Assembly (NCBI GenBank): GCA_019248485.1
Contig: JAEHGL010000002.1
Location: forward strand, 1,324 to 65,323
DNA length: 64,000 nucleotides
Origin: Candidatus Komeilibacteria bacterium S5_K13
Lineage (GTDB): Bacteria > Patescibacteriota > Patescibacteriia > UBA1558 > S5-K13
Reading direction: 5' to 3'
Shown: positions 12,391 to 22,539 of the stretch, in pieces
Layout of the letters: every line of letters begins with the position of its first letter
How positions within the stretch are numbered: the first letter of the stretch is position 1
The notes under the pieces: generated by a model
What the model was told of the DNA's origin: nothing
Databases searched by the model: none
The model's input: only the letters and a program-made list of their open reading frames with translations
Made by a program: the position numbers and the translations under genes

Positions 12391-14406
12391 ATGAAACAAA
12401 TTGATTTTCAAAAAGAATTAAACGAAGAGCAGTATAGTGTCGTTTCAACTGGAAACGGACCTCATTTAGTGCTAGCTGGAGCAGGAAGTGGAAAGACAAG
12501 AACTCTTGTATATCGTGTTGCTTGGCTTATTAAATCTGGAGTAGATCCTAGTAAGATTTTACTCCTTACTTTTACCAATAAGGCTGCAAATGAAATGATG
12601 GAGAGAGTTAAGAATATTTTGGAGATTGATAAAAATTTGTGTATTTGGGGTGGAACATTTCACTCTATTGCTCACAGACTTTTGAGAATTTATGGAAGTA
12701 ATATTGATATTCCAAAAGATTTTGTAATACTTGATGAATCAGATGCAAAGAGTATATTGAAGAATATTTCAAAAGAGTCTTTTCAGAATTTACATGAAAA
12801 GAAAAAACCGTCGCCATCCCTTATTAAAGAAGTAGTTAGCTTTTCTCTTAATTCATCCCACACCATTTCACAATCTTTGGAGATAAAATTTCCAGAATGG
12901 AAGGACTTTGAAAATGATTTTATAAGTATTTTTAAGGAATATAAAAAAAGAAAAAAGGAAACAAAGTTGTTGGACTTTGATGATTTATTGTACTATCTAA
13001 AGAATCTCACTATTCATGACGAAATTGGAAGTGTGTTAGGAAAAAAATGGGAACATGTACTAGTTGATGAGTATCAGGATACAAATTCTATTCAAGCTGA
13101 AATTGTTTACAACATATCACACAGCCATCAAAATATTATTGCAGTTGGAGATGATGCACAGAGCATTTATTCATTTCGTGGGGCTGATATAAATAATATT
13201 TTGAATTTTCCAAAGACGTTTAAAAATTGTAAAGTTCATAAATTAGAGATAAATTATCGTTCAACTCCTCAGATAGTGAGCCTAGCAAACAAGGTCATAT
13301 CAGAGAATACAAATCAGTTTACTAAGAATTTGAAATCAATACTTGGTGCAAGTGCAAAGCCAGAACTAGTTGCGCTTCGTAGTAATAAGGATGAAGCAAG
13401 GTATATTGTAGATAGAATTGAAAAGTATATCTATGAGGGAATGAAGTCCACTGAAATTGCGGTTTTGTTTCGTGCTGCAAATCACTCTCAGCAACTTGAA
13501 ATGGAACTAAATGCAAGAGGAATTGCTTATGAAATGAGAGGTGGGCTTAAATTTTTTGAACGTGCCCATATCAAAGATGTTGTTGCATTTCTTAGGATTT
13601 TCAAAAATCACAAAGATGAAGTGTCTCTTCATAGGGTGCTTGAAATGTATGACGGTATAGGCGCCTCTACTATAGGAAAAATTTATAAGGAGTTAAAAGG
13701 AGTAGAAAAATTAGAAGATTTATTTGATCTTCAAATTAATCTTGGTGAGAGAGCAAAAAAATCTTGGGAAGCATTTTTAAGAGCTATTAAGGCGATACAT
13801 AAATCAGAAAAAGATGGGCTTATGAAAGTGATAAATGTTTTAATAGATGATTATTCAACATATTTAATAGCAGAATATCCTGACTATAAGCAACGCCAAG
13901 AAGATCTTGATCAACTTGCACTTTTTTCAAATAATTATACAAGTCTCGAAGAGTTTTTGTCTGAGATAAGCTTGCAAGAGAGTTTTACTCTAAAGAGTAG
14001 TAAAGAAAGCCGTGGAAATTGTCTTGTGCTTAGCACCGTGCATCAAGCAAAGGGGCTTGAGTGGAGTACTGTTTTTGTGATGAACTTAATAGGCGATGCT
14101 TTCCCGCATGTATTTGCTACAACAATAGAAGAAGTTGAAGAAGAGAGACGACTTTTCTATGTTGCGATAACTCGTGCAAAAAAACATCTTATTCTTACCT
14201 ACCCATTGTCTATATTTAAGTATGACGGATTTAAAGAAACAGAAGTCTCGGAGTTTATATCAGGAGTTGATCAAACTCTCATTGATGCAAATTATTTAGC
14301 AAAGAGTATGGGATTCTTTTCTTCTTCTAAAGAAGATGGAATATCTTACCAAATCGAAGAAGATGAAGCAACGGAGCGAGAATATTTGCCAAAAATAAAT
14401 TATTAG
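12391..14406 (+). CDS. UvrD/PcrA/Rep-family ATP-dependent DNA helicase
   Basis: Walker A AGAGSGKT, VDEYQDTN, GDDAQSIY and a C-terminal VHQAKGLEW. Start set at MKQIDF (12391); the 12196 extension overlaps the GC-rich RNA island. Confidence 0.85.
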   Translation: MKQIDFQKELNEEQYSVVSTGNGPHLVLAGAGSGKTRTLVYRVAWLIKSGVDPSKILLLTFTNKAANEMMERVKNILEIDKNLCIWGGTFHSIAHRLLRIYGSNIDIPKDFVILDESDAKSILKNISKESFQNLHEKKKPSPSLIKEVVSFSLNSSHTISQSLEIKFPEWKDFENDFISIFKEYKKRKKETKLLDFDDLLYYLKNLTIHDEIGSVLGKKWEHVLVDEYQDTNSIQAEIVYNISHSHQNIIAVGDDAQSIYSFRGADINNILNFPKTFKNCKVHKLEINYRSTPQIVSLANKVISENTNQFTKNLKSILGASAKPELVALRSNKDEARYIVDRIEKYIYEGMKSTEIAVLFRAANHSQQLEMELNARGIAYEMRGGLKFFERAHIKDVVAFLRIFKNHKDEVSLHRVLEMYDGIGASTIGKIYKELKGVEKLEDLFDLQINLGERAKKSWEAFLRAIKAIHKSEKDGLMKVINVLIDDYSTYLIAEYPDYKQRQEDLDQLALFSNNYTSLEEFLSEISLQESFTLKSSKESRGNCLVLSTVHQAKGLEWSTVFVMNLIGDAFPHVFATTIEEVEEERRLFYVAITRAKKHLILTYPLSIFKYDGFKETEVSEFISGVDQTLIDANYLAKSMGFFSSSKEDGISYQIEEDEATEREYLPKINY

Positions 14407-14409
14407 ATA

Positions 14410-14482
14410 TTTATTAAATCAACCCTGGGTTAGTTTACTAACCCTGGGTTGGAAATAAAAAAATCCCAAAGTCATTTGACGG
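14410..14482. terminator. bidirectional terminator region with two hairpins
   Basis: aaccctgggtt-agtttact-aaccctgggtt, then aaaaatccc...gggattttttt, between convergent genes. Confidence 0.5.
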
Positions 14483-14506
14483 AGGGATTTTTTTGATTTA
14501 TTATGT

Positions 14507-15214
14507 TTATTCTAAATTCTGCACCCTTCCTTTGTTCTTGCCGAGATTGTCATATCTTAGATTTGTGTCAAGATTTTCTATCGTGCTAGATGTATTTTTG
14601 TCACAGTATTTGTCGTCTGATGAAATGCTTATATTGTCAGTCAGTAGCAGTATTTTTCCTATGTTATTTTGGTCTGGTTTAAGAGATATTTCAAATTTTG
14701 CTTCTTGAGTCTTGTTTTTTGCTAAACTATTTATTTCCCATATGATAGATCTATTTGTTGAAAGAAAATATAAATTACCACTTGTTATACCTTTTTTACC
14801 AGTGAATGTTATATTGTAGGGAAGTTTTGTCTCTATTTTTATATTTTCTTGTGAATTTTCTTTGTTTGTGATTTTTACAAATATCCAATAATTTGTAGGG
14901 ATAGAAACAATTGGAGGAATAGGACCAATGCCTATTTGATCGCCAAAGCTATTGTAGTAATAAGCTGAGGCCCTTATTTCAGGAGGAGTGCAAATTTTTT
15001 CTGGGATTGGTTTTAATTCCGGCTTTTGTTCTTTATTAGAAATTGTTGAGACTGTGTTTAGAATAAGAGGTTTTATATTTAACTTTTTAATGTAATTATA
15101 TGAATAAAAAAACAAAACAACAGTAAGTATAATTAGAAACAATGAATCAGTAATTATCCTTAGCTTTTTGGATCTTCCAAGTACTTTGAATTGTTTTGTA
15201 AATATATTAGCCAT
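14507..15214 (-). CDS. membrane-anchored hypothetical protein
   Basis: 235 aa with an N-terminal TM segment. Confidence 0.4.
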   Translation of the reverse strand: MANIFTKQFKVLGRSKKLRIITDSLFLIILTVVLFFYSYNYIKKLNIKPLILNTVSTISNKEQKPELKPIPEKICTPPEIRASAYYYNSFGDQIGIGPIPPIVSIPTNYWIFVKITNKENSQENIKIETKLPYNITFTGKKGITSGNLYFLSTNRSIIWEINSLAKNKTQEAKFEISLKPDQNNIGKILLLTDNISISSDDKYCDKNTSSTIENLDTNLRYDNLGKNKGRVQNLE

Positions 15215-15252
15215 ACTCTTATTATAAATAATAATTATAAAAAATAAAATTT

Positions 15253-17274
15253 TTATTTGTTTGCAGATATTAGAATTTCTTTTTGATTATCACCTGTAGT
15301 ATTTATTGAAATATTAAACCCGCCTTTAAAACTTTTTTCATAAGCAAAAAATTGATTTAACAATTTTCCGTTTCCCGTAAATATTTTTATATGACTACCA
15401 CCATTTGAAGCTGGAGCCGTGATTATTTCACTAATTCCATCATTGTTTATGTCAGAAGTGTTTATGTTTATCCCACCTTTAAAATTTTTGTCATAAGCAA
15501 GAAAGCTAGTCAATAAATTTCCTTTAATATCGAATATTTTTACAATTGGCTCCATACCTTTTCCAAAAGAGGTTATTATTTCATTAATTCCATCATTGTT
15601 TATATCAGACACCGCTATTTTTACGCCGTATCTTGTGTTTTTGTCATGTGCAAAAAATTGACTTATTAATTTTCCATAATGATCAAATATTCTTACATGA
15701 GACCCACCCGAGCTTGCACCCGTAATTATTTCATTTTTTCCGTCATTGTTTATGTCATATACAACAAAGTTTATTCCGCCATTAAAGTTTTTATCATAAG
15801 GATAAAAAGAGCTTATTTTTTCTTTGTATTTGTTGTATATATTTATATTTGCCCCTTCAGAACTTATTGTTTCTATTTTTGTATCATTATCGACATCAGT
15901 TACAAGAATTTTTGTATTTAGCGTGAAATTGCTTTTTAGGGCAAAGAAACCATTTCTAGTTTGAGCGCCTGCATAATTAAATACTCTATAAAAGTCCCCA
16001 TTATTAAATGTGGAATTTTGTATTTCTTGATTTGTTTTAAGAAGAATAACGCCTTCGCTTGGTGTAAGATTTAAGTAATTTACTTTTGCCCCATTATTTA
16101 TTTTAGCGTCTTGTGTCCCTTTAATCTTTTCAAAAACCTCTTTTTCAAAAATATATACCTGATTTTCTCTTGATGAGTTTACAAAAGATGTCGCGTTTTC
16201 AAAGTCTCTTCTCCATAAGCCTAAATCTATTTTTGAATTTTTTGATTTTAGATTAATTGGATTAGATATCGGGTTTCCAATTTTGGTATTGTATTCATCA
16301 TACCAGTATAACTGTGCATGATCTTTGTCTCCATAATCAAATGCAAAGTATCCATTTCCTAAAAGTGCGCTTGTAAGCCCATATCGCATTTTTTTGTAAT
16401 CATTTAGATTTCCGGTGTTTGCAGTATTTGCATTTATAATTGATACGTTTGGAAGGAGTGTGTTTTGATCAAGATATATGTTCATTGATTTTATCCAAGA
16501 TTTTTCTCCAAAGTTTTCTATCATAGCACCATTTGAATAAAATAATATATCTTTGTCTTCTATTGAATTTGCAGCAACAATAAAATTATTTCCAGTAAGC
16601 GTTTTTGTTTTTGATAACATTTTAATGGTCGCCGACTTCCAAGAGGAGTCAATAAATGATTTATCATCTATGTCATAATCATTGTCAATATCAACCCCTA
16701 CGTCGCTTATCCAGGAAATACTATTCCAGCCATTGTCATAAAAAAAACCATCCCATAGTCCCGTGCTATAGATTCTTTCTTTTATAAACTCTGGAAATGT
16801 GTTGCTCCATGAATTTGGAGTATCTTCTGTAATGTTCAAGAGATGAGTTCCTGGCCAAAAACTTAGCTTATTTCCATTTGTGTCTTTAAGATAGTTTGAT
16901 TCATTTATTGCTGAGATAAGCTCGCATCTTAATTTTATTTCATTGCTATCACAGTTGTTTCTGATTTCTTGCATTGTCATGTAGGCAAGAATTTTTATAC
17001 CTGGGTTAAGTTCACGAATTTTTTTTATTCTCTGCGGATTGTTTACTTGGTTTTCCATGTCTAGAATTAGTAGATCCCACTTTGAAAGTTCTATTGCCTC
17101 GCTATCAGAGATAGACCATTTTAAGAAGTAGTTTGCAAGGCGAGGAGTGTTTGTTTGTGCCTTACATATATGGTTATAGGGACTAATTAGAAAAAATAGC
17201 AAAAATAATCCAAATATTTGATATTTTAGCAATGATGTTTTGGTAGTTTTTGGCTTGTTTTTGATAATTTCCAT
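15253..17274 (-). CDS. secreted protein with glycoside-hydrolase-like TIM-barrel-like N-domain and C-terminal FG-GAP repeats
   Basis: Signal peptide; four or more DINNDG(x)NEIIT...G..H(I/V)(K/R)IFD repeats of FG-GAP type; the N-terminal ~430 aa resembles GHL-type domains. Confidence 0.55.
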   Translation of the reverse strand: MEIIKNKPKTTKTSLLKYQIFGLFLLFFLISPYNHICKAQTNTPRLANYFLKWSISDSEAIELSKWDLLILDMENQVNNPQRIKKIRELNPGIKILAYMTMQEIRNNCDSNEIKLRCELISAINESNYLKDTNGNKLSFWPGTHLLNITEDTPNSWSNTFPEFIKERIYSTGLWDGFFYDNGWNSISWISDVGVDIDNDYDIDDKSFIDSSWKSATIKMLSKTKTLTGNNFIVAANSIEDKDILFYSNGAMIENFGEKSWIKSMNIYLDQNTLLPNVSIINANTANTGNLNDYKKMRYGLTSALLGNGYFAFDYGDKDHAQLYWYDEYNTKIGNPISNPINLKSKNSKIDLGLWRRDFENATSFVNSSRENQVYIFEKEVFEKIKGTQDAKINNGAKVNYLNLTPSEGVILLKTNQEIQNSTFNNGDFYRVFNYAGAQTRNGFFALKSNFTLNTKILVTDVDNDTKIETISSEGANINIYNKYKEKISSFYPYDKNFNGGINFVVYDINNDGKNEIITGASSGGSHVRIFDHYGKLISQFFAHDKNTRYGVKIAVSDINNDGINEIITSFGKGMEPIVKIFDIKGNLLTSFLAYDKNFKGGININTSDINNDGISEIITAPASNGGSHIKIFTGNGKLLNQFFAYEKSFKGGFNISINTTGDNQKEILISANK

Positions 17275-17425
17275 AGTTTTATCTTAACACATAATATTAC
17301 ATAATATAATGGGTTTTGTCAATACTTGTCACCTCAGAGGTGATGAATTCTCTATTTATGTTGACATATATATAAATATGCGCTACATTTATATATATGG
17401 ACTCATATTTATATAAATTAACCAT

Positions 17426-17671
17426 ATGAATGAAGAAAAGTGTGTTTCAACTTGTAAAACAAGAGAAGACAAATTCAAGTGTCTTGCAACTTGTCGCACA
17501 AATGAGATACTTAAAAAGATAAAGACTCTTTCAAACTGTGCAAATAGAAGTGCTTATTCATACAATAGGGAACAAATTGATAAAATATTTTTTTCAATTG
17601 AAAAGGCCCTTACAAATGCAAAAGCACAATTTTATTTTCCAGAAGAGAAGGGTGATAAGTTTGAATTGTAA
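17426..17671 (+). CDS. small Cys-containing hypothetical protein
   Basis: 81 aa with CVSTC and CLATC (two Cx3C); preceded by a TTGACA...TATATA promoter-like sequence and the palindrome tcacctcagaggtga. Confidence 0.35.
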   Translation: MNEEKCVSTCKTREDKFKCLATCRTNEILKKIKTLSNCANRSAYSYNREQIDKIFFSIEKALTNAKAQFYFPEEKGDKFEL

Positions 17672-17736
17672 TTAATAAAAAGTAAATAACTAATGGTTAT
17701 ATGGTTAATTGATTAGTTGGTTTAGAAATTACTATG

Positions 17737-17773
17737 CCTACTAATCTTACTAACCTACTAACCCACTAATCTT
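17737..17773 (+). promoter_or_regulatory. ACUAAYC-repeat leader abutting the trxA start codon, with no SD
   Basis: cctactaatcttactaacctactaacccactaatctt followed by ATG; a TTAG-rich complementary arm lies at 17711-17725. Confidence 0.45.
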
Positions 17774-18091
17774 ATGACAGAAATATTAAAAGACACAAAT
17801 TTTGACGAAACATTAAAAAACAATAAGCATGTACTTGTAGATTTCTTTGCGCAGTGGTGTGGGCCATGTAAAATGTTGGCTCCAATTATGGATGAATTAA
17901 GCGAAGAATATAAAGACAAAATTGAGATTGTAAAAATAGACGTAGATGAATCACCTGAGACCGCAAGAAAATTTGATATTATGAGTATTCCTACTATGAT
18001 ATTTTTTGAAAATGGCGTTGCAAAAGATACTGCAATGGGTTTGATTTCCAAAGATATCTTAAAAGAAAAAATTGATAAATTTATTAAATAG
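17774..18091 (+). CDS. trxA: thioredoxin
   Basis: WCGPCK active site; 105 aa. Confidence 0.9.
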   Translation: MTEILKDTNFDETLKNNKHVLVDFFAQWCGPCKMLAPIMDELSEEYKDKIEIVKIDVDESPETARKFDIMSIPTMIFFENGVAKDTAMGLISKDILKEKIDKFIK

Positions 18092-18138
18092 TCGAAAGGC
18101 GAAAGATATAAGTAAAAAGTTAAAATTACTAAATGCTT

Positions 18139-18171
18139 CAGCCAAGGGCTGATCCGCCTTGGGCGGAAACT
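18139..18171 (+). repeat. 33-nt double-hairpin element cagccaagggctg + tccgccttgggcgga (copy 1 of 3)
   Basis: Two adjacent GC stems; copies at 41959-41991 (reverse complement) and 51601-51634 carry compensatory stem changes. Confidence 0.55.
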
Positions 18172-18195
18172 ACTAAATTTTAAACACTAAATACT

Positions 18196-19401
18196 ATGCA
18201 AACTGCTTATCAAAATGCAATGGAACAACTTAGAAAGGCAAGTGAAATTGCAGAATTGAACAAAGATGTATTGCTTAAGCTTCAAAGTCCAGATAGATTT
18301 ATTCAGGTTTCTATTCCGATAAGAATGGATAGCGGAGAACTCAAAGTTTTTACTGGTTACCGGGTACAATATGACAATACGATGGGACCGTATAAAGGTG
18401 GAATAAGATTTCATAGCGATACTGATTTAGATGAGGTAAAGGCTCTTTCGTTTTGGATGACTATAAAGTGCTCTGTTGTAGGAATTCCACTTGGCGGTGG
18501 AAAAGGTGGGGTTACAGTAGACCCAAAAGTTTTATCAGAATCCGAGATTGAAAAACTATCAAGAGGATACGTCAAAAAATTAAAAGGTATAATAGGAAGA
18601 GATATTGATGTGCCAGCTCCAGATGTTTATACAACACCAAAGATAATGGCAATAATGGCTGATGAAATTGGAGATAAGGCAGCTTTTACAGGTAAGCCAA
18701 TAGAAAATGGTGGGTCATTGGGCCGAGATAAGGCAACAGCACTTGGTGCTTTTTATGTGTTTGAAAAGGCAATAGAAAAATTGAGTTTATCTAAAGATTC
18801 AAAAATTGTAATTCAAGGATTTGGAAATGCGGGTGCGGTTTTTGCAAAAATACTTTTTGATGCGGGATATTCAATAATAGCAGTATCTGACTCAAAAGGT
18901 GCAATAGTGAGTGATAATGGACTTAATATTGATGAGGTTTTGAAATTTAAAGAAAATACAGGTAGTGTAATAAACTTTGAAAACACAAAAACAATTACAA
19001 ATCAAGAATTATTAGAGCTTGACTGCGATGTGCTAGCTCTTTGTGCACTAGAAAATCAGGTTACTGATAATAATGCAAATAATATCAAGGCAAAAATTGT
19101 TTTTGAACTTGCAAATGGTCCTGTCACGCCAGAGGCAGATTTAATTTTAAAATCAAAGGAAATATTAGTTCTTCCAGATGTTCTTACTAATGCGGGTGGC
19201 GTAACTGTGTCTTACTTTGAATGGCTTCAAAATATTAATAATGAGTCTTGGAGTTTGGAAGAGGTAAATACAAAATTAAAAGAAATAATGTACAAGTCCT
19301 TTGATGAAATTTATGATATTGCAAAGACAAAAGATATTGATTTTAGAATGGCAGCATTTGTCTCAGCATTAAAGAGAATTGAAGCAAAGATGGAAATATA
19401 A
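18196..19401 (+). CDS. gdhA: Glu/Leu/Phe/Val-family dehydrogenase (glutamate dehydrogenase)
   Basis: KGGIRFH...GIPLGGGKGGV motif and a GFGNAG NAD(P)-binding motif. Confidence 0.85.
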   Translation: MQTAYQNAMEQLRKASEIAELNKDVLLKLQSPDRFIQVSIPIRMDSGELKVFTGYRVQYDNTMGPYKGGIRFHSDTDLDEVKALSFWMTIKCSVVGIPLGGGKGGVTVDPKVLSESEIEKLSRGYVKKLKGIIGRDIDVPAPDVYTTPKIMAIMADEIGDKAAFTGKPIENGGSLGRDKATALGAFYVFEKAIEKLSLSKDSKIVIQGFGNAGAVFAKILFDAGYSIIAVSDSKGAIVSDNGLNIDEVLKFKENTGSVINFENTKTITNQELLELDCDVLALCALENQVTDNNANNIKAKIVFELANGPVTPEADLILKSKEILVLPDVLTNAGGVTVSYFEWLQNINNESWSLEEVNTKLKEIMYKSFDEIYDIAKTKDIDFRMAAFVSALKRIEAKMEI

Positions 19402-19427
19402 AAATTACTCTTAGGTTATTTTTTTGT

Positions 19428-19466
19428 AGAGACGCAGGCACAGCTTGCGTCTCTACGTTTTTTATT
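19428..19466 (+). terminator. intrinsic terminator after gdh
   Basis: gtagagacgc-aggcacagctt-gcgtctctac followed by tttttt. Confidence 0.6.
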
Positions 19467-19467
19467 T

Positions 19468-19625
19468 GTCCTCACCCCTTGCCCCTCCCCATCGAAGATG
19501 GAGAGGGGGGGGGAAGGATTAAGATTATATATCAAAGCTCACACCCTTCTCCCGTTTTGGGAGAAGGGATGCTCGCCTTGGCATAGTTTTAGCGTAGCCA
19601 GGGGGGATGAGGGTAAAATAAGAAT
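19468..19625. repeat. GC-rich structured intergenic island including hairpin-motif copy 2 (19566-19600)
   Basis: Hairpins cccctcccc/ggagagggg and cccttctccc/gggagaaggg, an outer cctcacccc/ggggatgagg pairing, and gatgctcgccttggcatag...agccagg. Confidence 0.45.
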
Positions 19626-19667
19626 GGGTGATTTTTATTTTTATCTAAATAAAGATATAATGCACTT

Positions 19668-20294
19668 ATGGTAAATATAGAATTAGAAAAAATGCTATTT
19701 GATAATGGTTGCAAAACTATTATTGGATTTGACGAAGCTGGTCGAGGGCCACTGGCTGGACCTATTGTTTGTGGCTATGTTTTTTTAACTCCTGAGGAAT
19801 TAAATAATAATCTTGATTTAGTGCCACATATTAATGACTCTAAAAAACTAACTCACAATAAAAGAAAAGAGTTGTCTGACGAGATAAAGAAAAGGTTTAA
19901 GTCTGGTATTTCAATGATAGACAATGTTCAGATAGATAAACTAGGAATTCAGACGGCAAATGTAAAAATAGTAGAGCGAGTTATATATAATCACGTCCCA
20001 GATATTGATTATGCAATAATTGATTATATTGGAGGTTTTAGTAAATATTTTGATCTTGATTTCAAAAATTATGAGACAATTGTTGATGGAGACGCAAAGC
20101 ATTTTCTTATAGCAGCGGCGTCTATTATTGCAAAGGTATATAGAGATGAGTATATGGAAGATTTGGCAAAAAAATACCCAGAATACTCATTTGATATACA
20201 TAAGGGCTATGGAACCAAGAATCATATTGAGAGTATAAAGAAATTTGGAATGTGCGATATACATAGGAAAAGCTTTATACATTTTTTAGAATAA
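19668..20294 (+). CDS. rnhB: ribonuclease HII
   Basis: GFDEAGRGPLAGPIV N-terminal motif. Confidence 0.9.
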   Translation: MVNIELEKMLFDNGCKTIIGFDEAGRGPLAGPIVCGYVFLTPEELNNNLDLVPHINDSKKLTHNKRKELSDEIKKRFKSGISMIDNVQIDKLGIQTANVKIVERVIYNHVPDIDYAIIDYIGGFSKYFDLDFKNYETIVDGDAKHFLIAAASIIAKVYRDEYMEDLAKKYPEYSFDIHKGYGTKNHIESIKKFGMCDIHRKSFIHFLE

Positions 20295-20679
20295 AATTAT
20301 CATAAAAAATTCAGACGCTTAGTGATTAGATTAATTCTAAGTGTATAAATTGTGTATTATTATAAGGCTGCATTTTGTGGAGTTTTTTTCCACTCTTTTC
20401 TATTTCTCGATTTCGCTCGAAACCTTCGGGAAAAGAGTGGAGCAGAAAAGTCGCGAGCAACATAAAAATTTAAAAAACTCCTCGCTTGGCTAAATCAAAA
20501 TTTTTGCACTCGTCATACCCATTCCTCGTGAAAATTTTGTTTACCCTCACTAGAGTTTTTAGTAAATTTTTATAAGCTCGCAGAAACATATTAACCCAAA
20601 TATTTTACGCTATTACTTTGTTTTGATATAAAATATGCTATATTTGATTTATATTTTTAAATATCCTTGATAAAAAAAG

Positions 20680-20705
20680 CGTCAGATCTTAGATCTGACG
20701 CGAAA
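20680..20705 (-). terminator. terminator hairpin gcgtcagatc-ttag-gatctgacgc
   Basis: Perfect stem, with a U-run on the minus strand downstream of the 20733..20990 gene. Confidence 0.5.
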
Positions 20706-20732
20706 AGTTTTGTTTGTTGGGTGATAACCTTG

Positions 20733-20990
20733 CTATCGCTCATGGAAAGTTACGTATGAATCAATTAGATCTTCAGGCGACGAAAAAATAACTATTATCC
20801 CCTCGCCTTTTCCATTAATAGATTTGTTAACTTCTTCTCCAAGTCCAGCATGAATCAATTCTTTTTTATATCCAGCACGAATTAATTCATTAATGAATCC
20901 AAGATTAGTTAATTCCTTAAGTTCTTCGGGGTGTATACAGCGTGACTTAATACGGTCCAAAATTCCTGATTTTGCAAAACCAGATAACAT
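20733..20990 (-). CDS. hypothetical protein
   Basis: 85 aa; strong SD AGGAGG 8 nt upstream of the ATG. Confidence 0.45.
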   Translation of the reverse strand: MLSGFAKSGILDRIKSRCIHPEELKELTNLGFINELIRAGYKKELIHAGLGEEVNKSINGKGEGIIVIFSSPEDLIDSYVTFHER

Positions 20991-21159
20991 TTTTTATTCC
21001 TCCTGAGTTTATTGATAAAACATTAGCCTTTTTGGACAATCTTGTCAAGAATTTCGCTTTATTATACCCAAATTATAATCATTGACACGGGGGTTTATAT
21101 ATGATATAATAAAATATATTATTTAAATAACTTGTATTTTAATAACTAAGAGGGAATAT

Positions 21160-22197
21160 ATGCAAAAAATAGAAAAAATTTTGTTACCAAAAGAATTAAC
21201 CATTGATAGTGTTCTTGCACTTGGGATTATTTATAAATACGGGACAAAAAAGTTCTCAAACTTATCAAAATCAGAGCTTGAGTTTAGAGTAGATTTGCCA
21301 GAAGATAAGGACATTAATTATTTTGTTTCAAATGGTGTATTGCCACTTCTTAATTTCAAAGGAAGAAATACTCTTTTACTAGAACTTCTTAATATAAAAG
21401 ACTTGAATTTAGACGAAATACCAGTTGTAAACCATCTGATTTCTTGTTTTAAAAATAAAAACGTTTGTAGCAACGACCTTTTTTCTTGGACATATCTAAT
21501 AACCATTTTAAAAGATAATCCAGAAAAAATACTCAAACTTGCAATCCCTATTATAAAAGAGTATTTAGATGATAATGAAGAAAAAACAAAAACATTTTTT
21601 GATTATTGCTCAAAGGCCGTAAAAGAAGGAAAAATAACAAGTTTTAGTACAAATCAAAACGACAAAGAGTTAAAGGTTGTTTTTATTGATTGTGAATATG
21701 ATGATATAGCCGAATTTTTGTTTTATAAAAAAGAGGTTATGGCGGATATTGTTGTAATATTTAAGTCAAAGGACAATATTTTAATAAAAACCAAAAAGGA
21801 AAAAAATATAGATTTATTGGATGTAATTGCGATTCTAAGGGTTGAAACAGCAAGAAAACACAAGGTTCCATTTGATAAAATAAATAAGCATATTTTAAAT
21901 AGGTCTGGTATTATGGAAGGAATTCCACACTGGAACTTTGATCCATTGATCGGAGAAATCAAAACAGTAAAATCAGTTCATATTGATAAGGCTGCGGTAA
22001 AGAGAGCCATAATGATAGGAATAGATACGGTAAAAATGGCAAAAGGAATGTGTCCATCAAAAGAGGGTTGTATTGGAAAGAAATGCGATTTTTATTCTTA
22101 TAATATGTTAAGATGCAGAAAAAGAAGGGCGGGCGCACTTGATAATTTTGAACAAAAAAATCACAATACAAACAACATTAGGACAATCAGAAATTAA
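21160..22197 (+). CDS. hypothetical protein with Cys-rich C-terminus
   Basis: 345 aa. Confidence 0.45.
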   Translation: MQKIEKILLPKELTIDSVLALGIIYKYGTKKFSNLSKSELEFRVDLPEDKDINYFVSNGVLPLLNFKGRNTLLLELLNIKDLNLDEIPVVNHLISCFKNKNVCSNDLFSWTYLITILKDNPEKILKLAIPIIKEYLDDNEEKTKTFFDYCSKAVKEGKITSFSTNQNDKELKVVFIDCEYDDIAEFLFYKKEVMADIVVIFKSKDNILIKTKKEKNIDLLDVIAILRVETARKHKVPFDKINKHILNRSGIMEGIPHWNFDPLIGEIKTVKSVHIDKAAVKRAIMIGIDTVKMAKGMCPSKEGCIGKKCDFYSYNMLRCRKRRAGALDNFEQKNHNTNNIRTIRN

Positions 22198-22215
22198 AAT
22201 ATATAAGGAGGAAAT

Positions 22216-22410
22216 ATGGACCCGATCAATCATGAAATTGGAGATGACAAAGTAGTTGTCAATGGAACTGTTAATATCCAGCTTGTAAAGCCTATTTTAA
22301 GGTCAGATGAAGTTGGAATTTTTCGTCATGAAAAGACAGGAACAATTCTTGTGGTTCATTACAGGGATAAGCAGATTATCAAATGTGATCAGTCATCTGC
22401 CCCGAAATAG
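22216..22410 (+). CDS. small hypothetical protein
   Basis: 64 aa; perfect SD AAGGAGG. Confidence 0.4.
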   Translation: MDPINHEIGDDKVVVNGTVNIQLVKPILRSDEVGIFRHEKTGTILVVHYRDKQIIKCDQSSAPK

Positions 22411-22539
22411 TAATTACTGTTTTTTAATCCTATCAACCGTTGAGATTCAGCGGTTGATTTTTTTGTTATTTGATGATACAATAAGAGCTAATTATATCTA
22501 TTTTTAAGCCGTGTAAATACATGGATAACAGCCTAATAT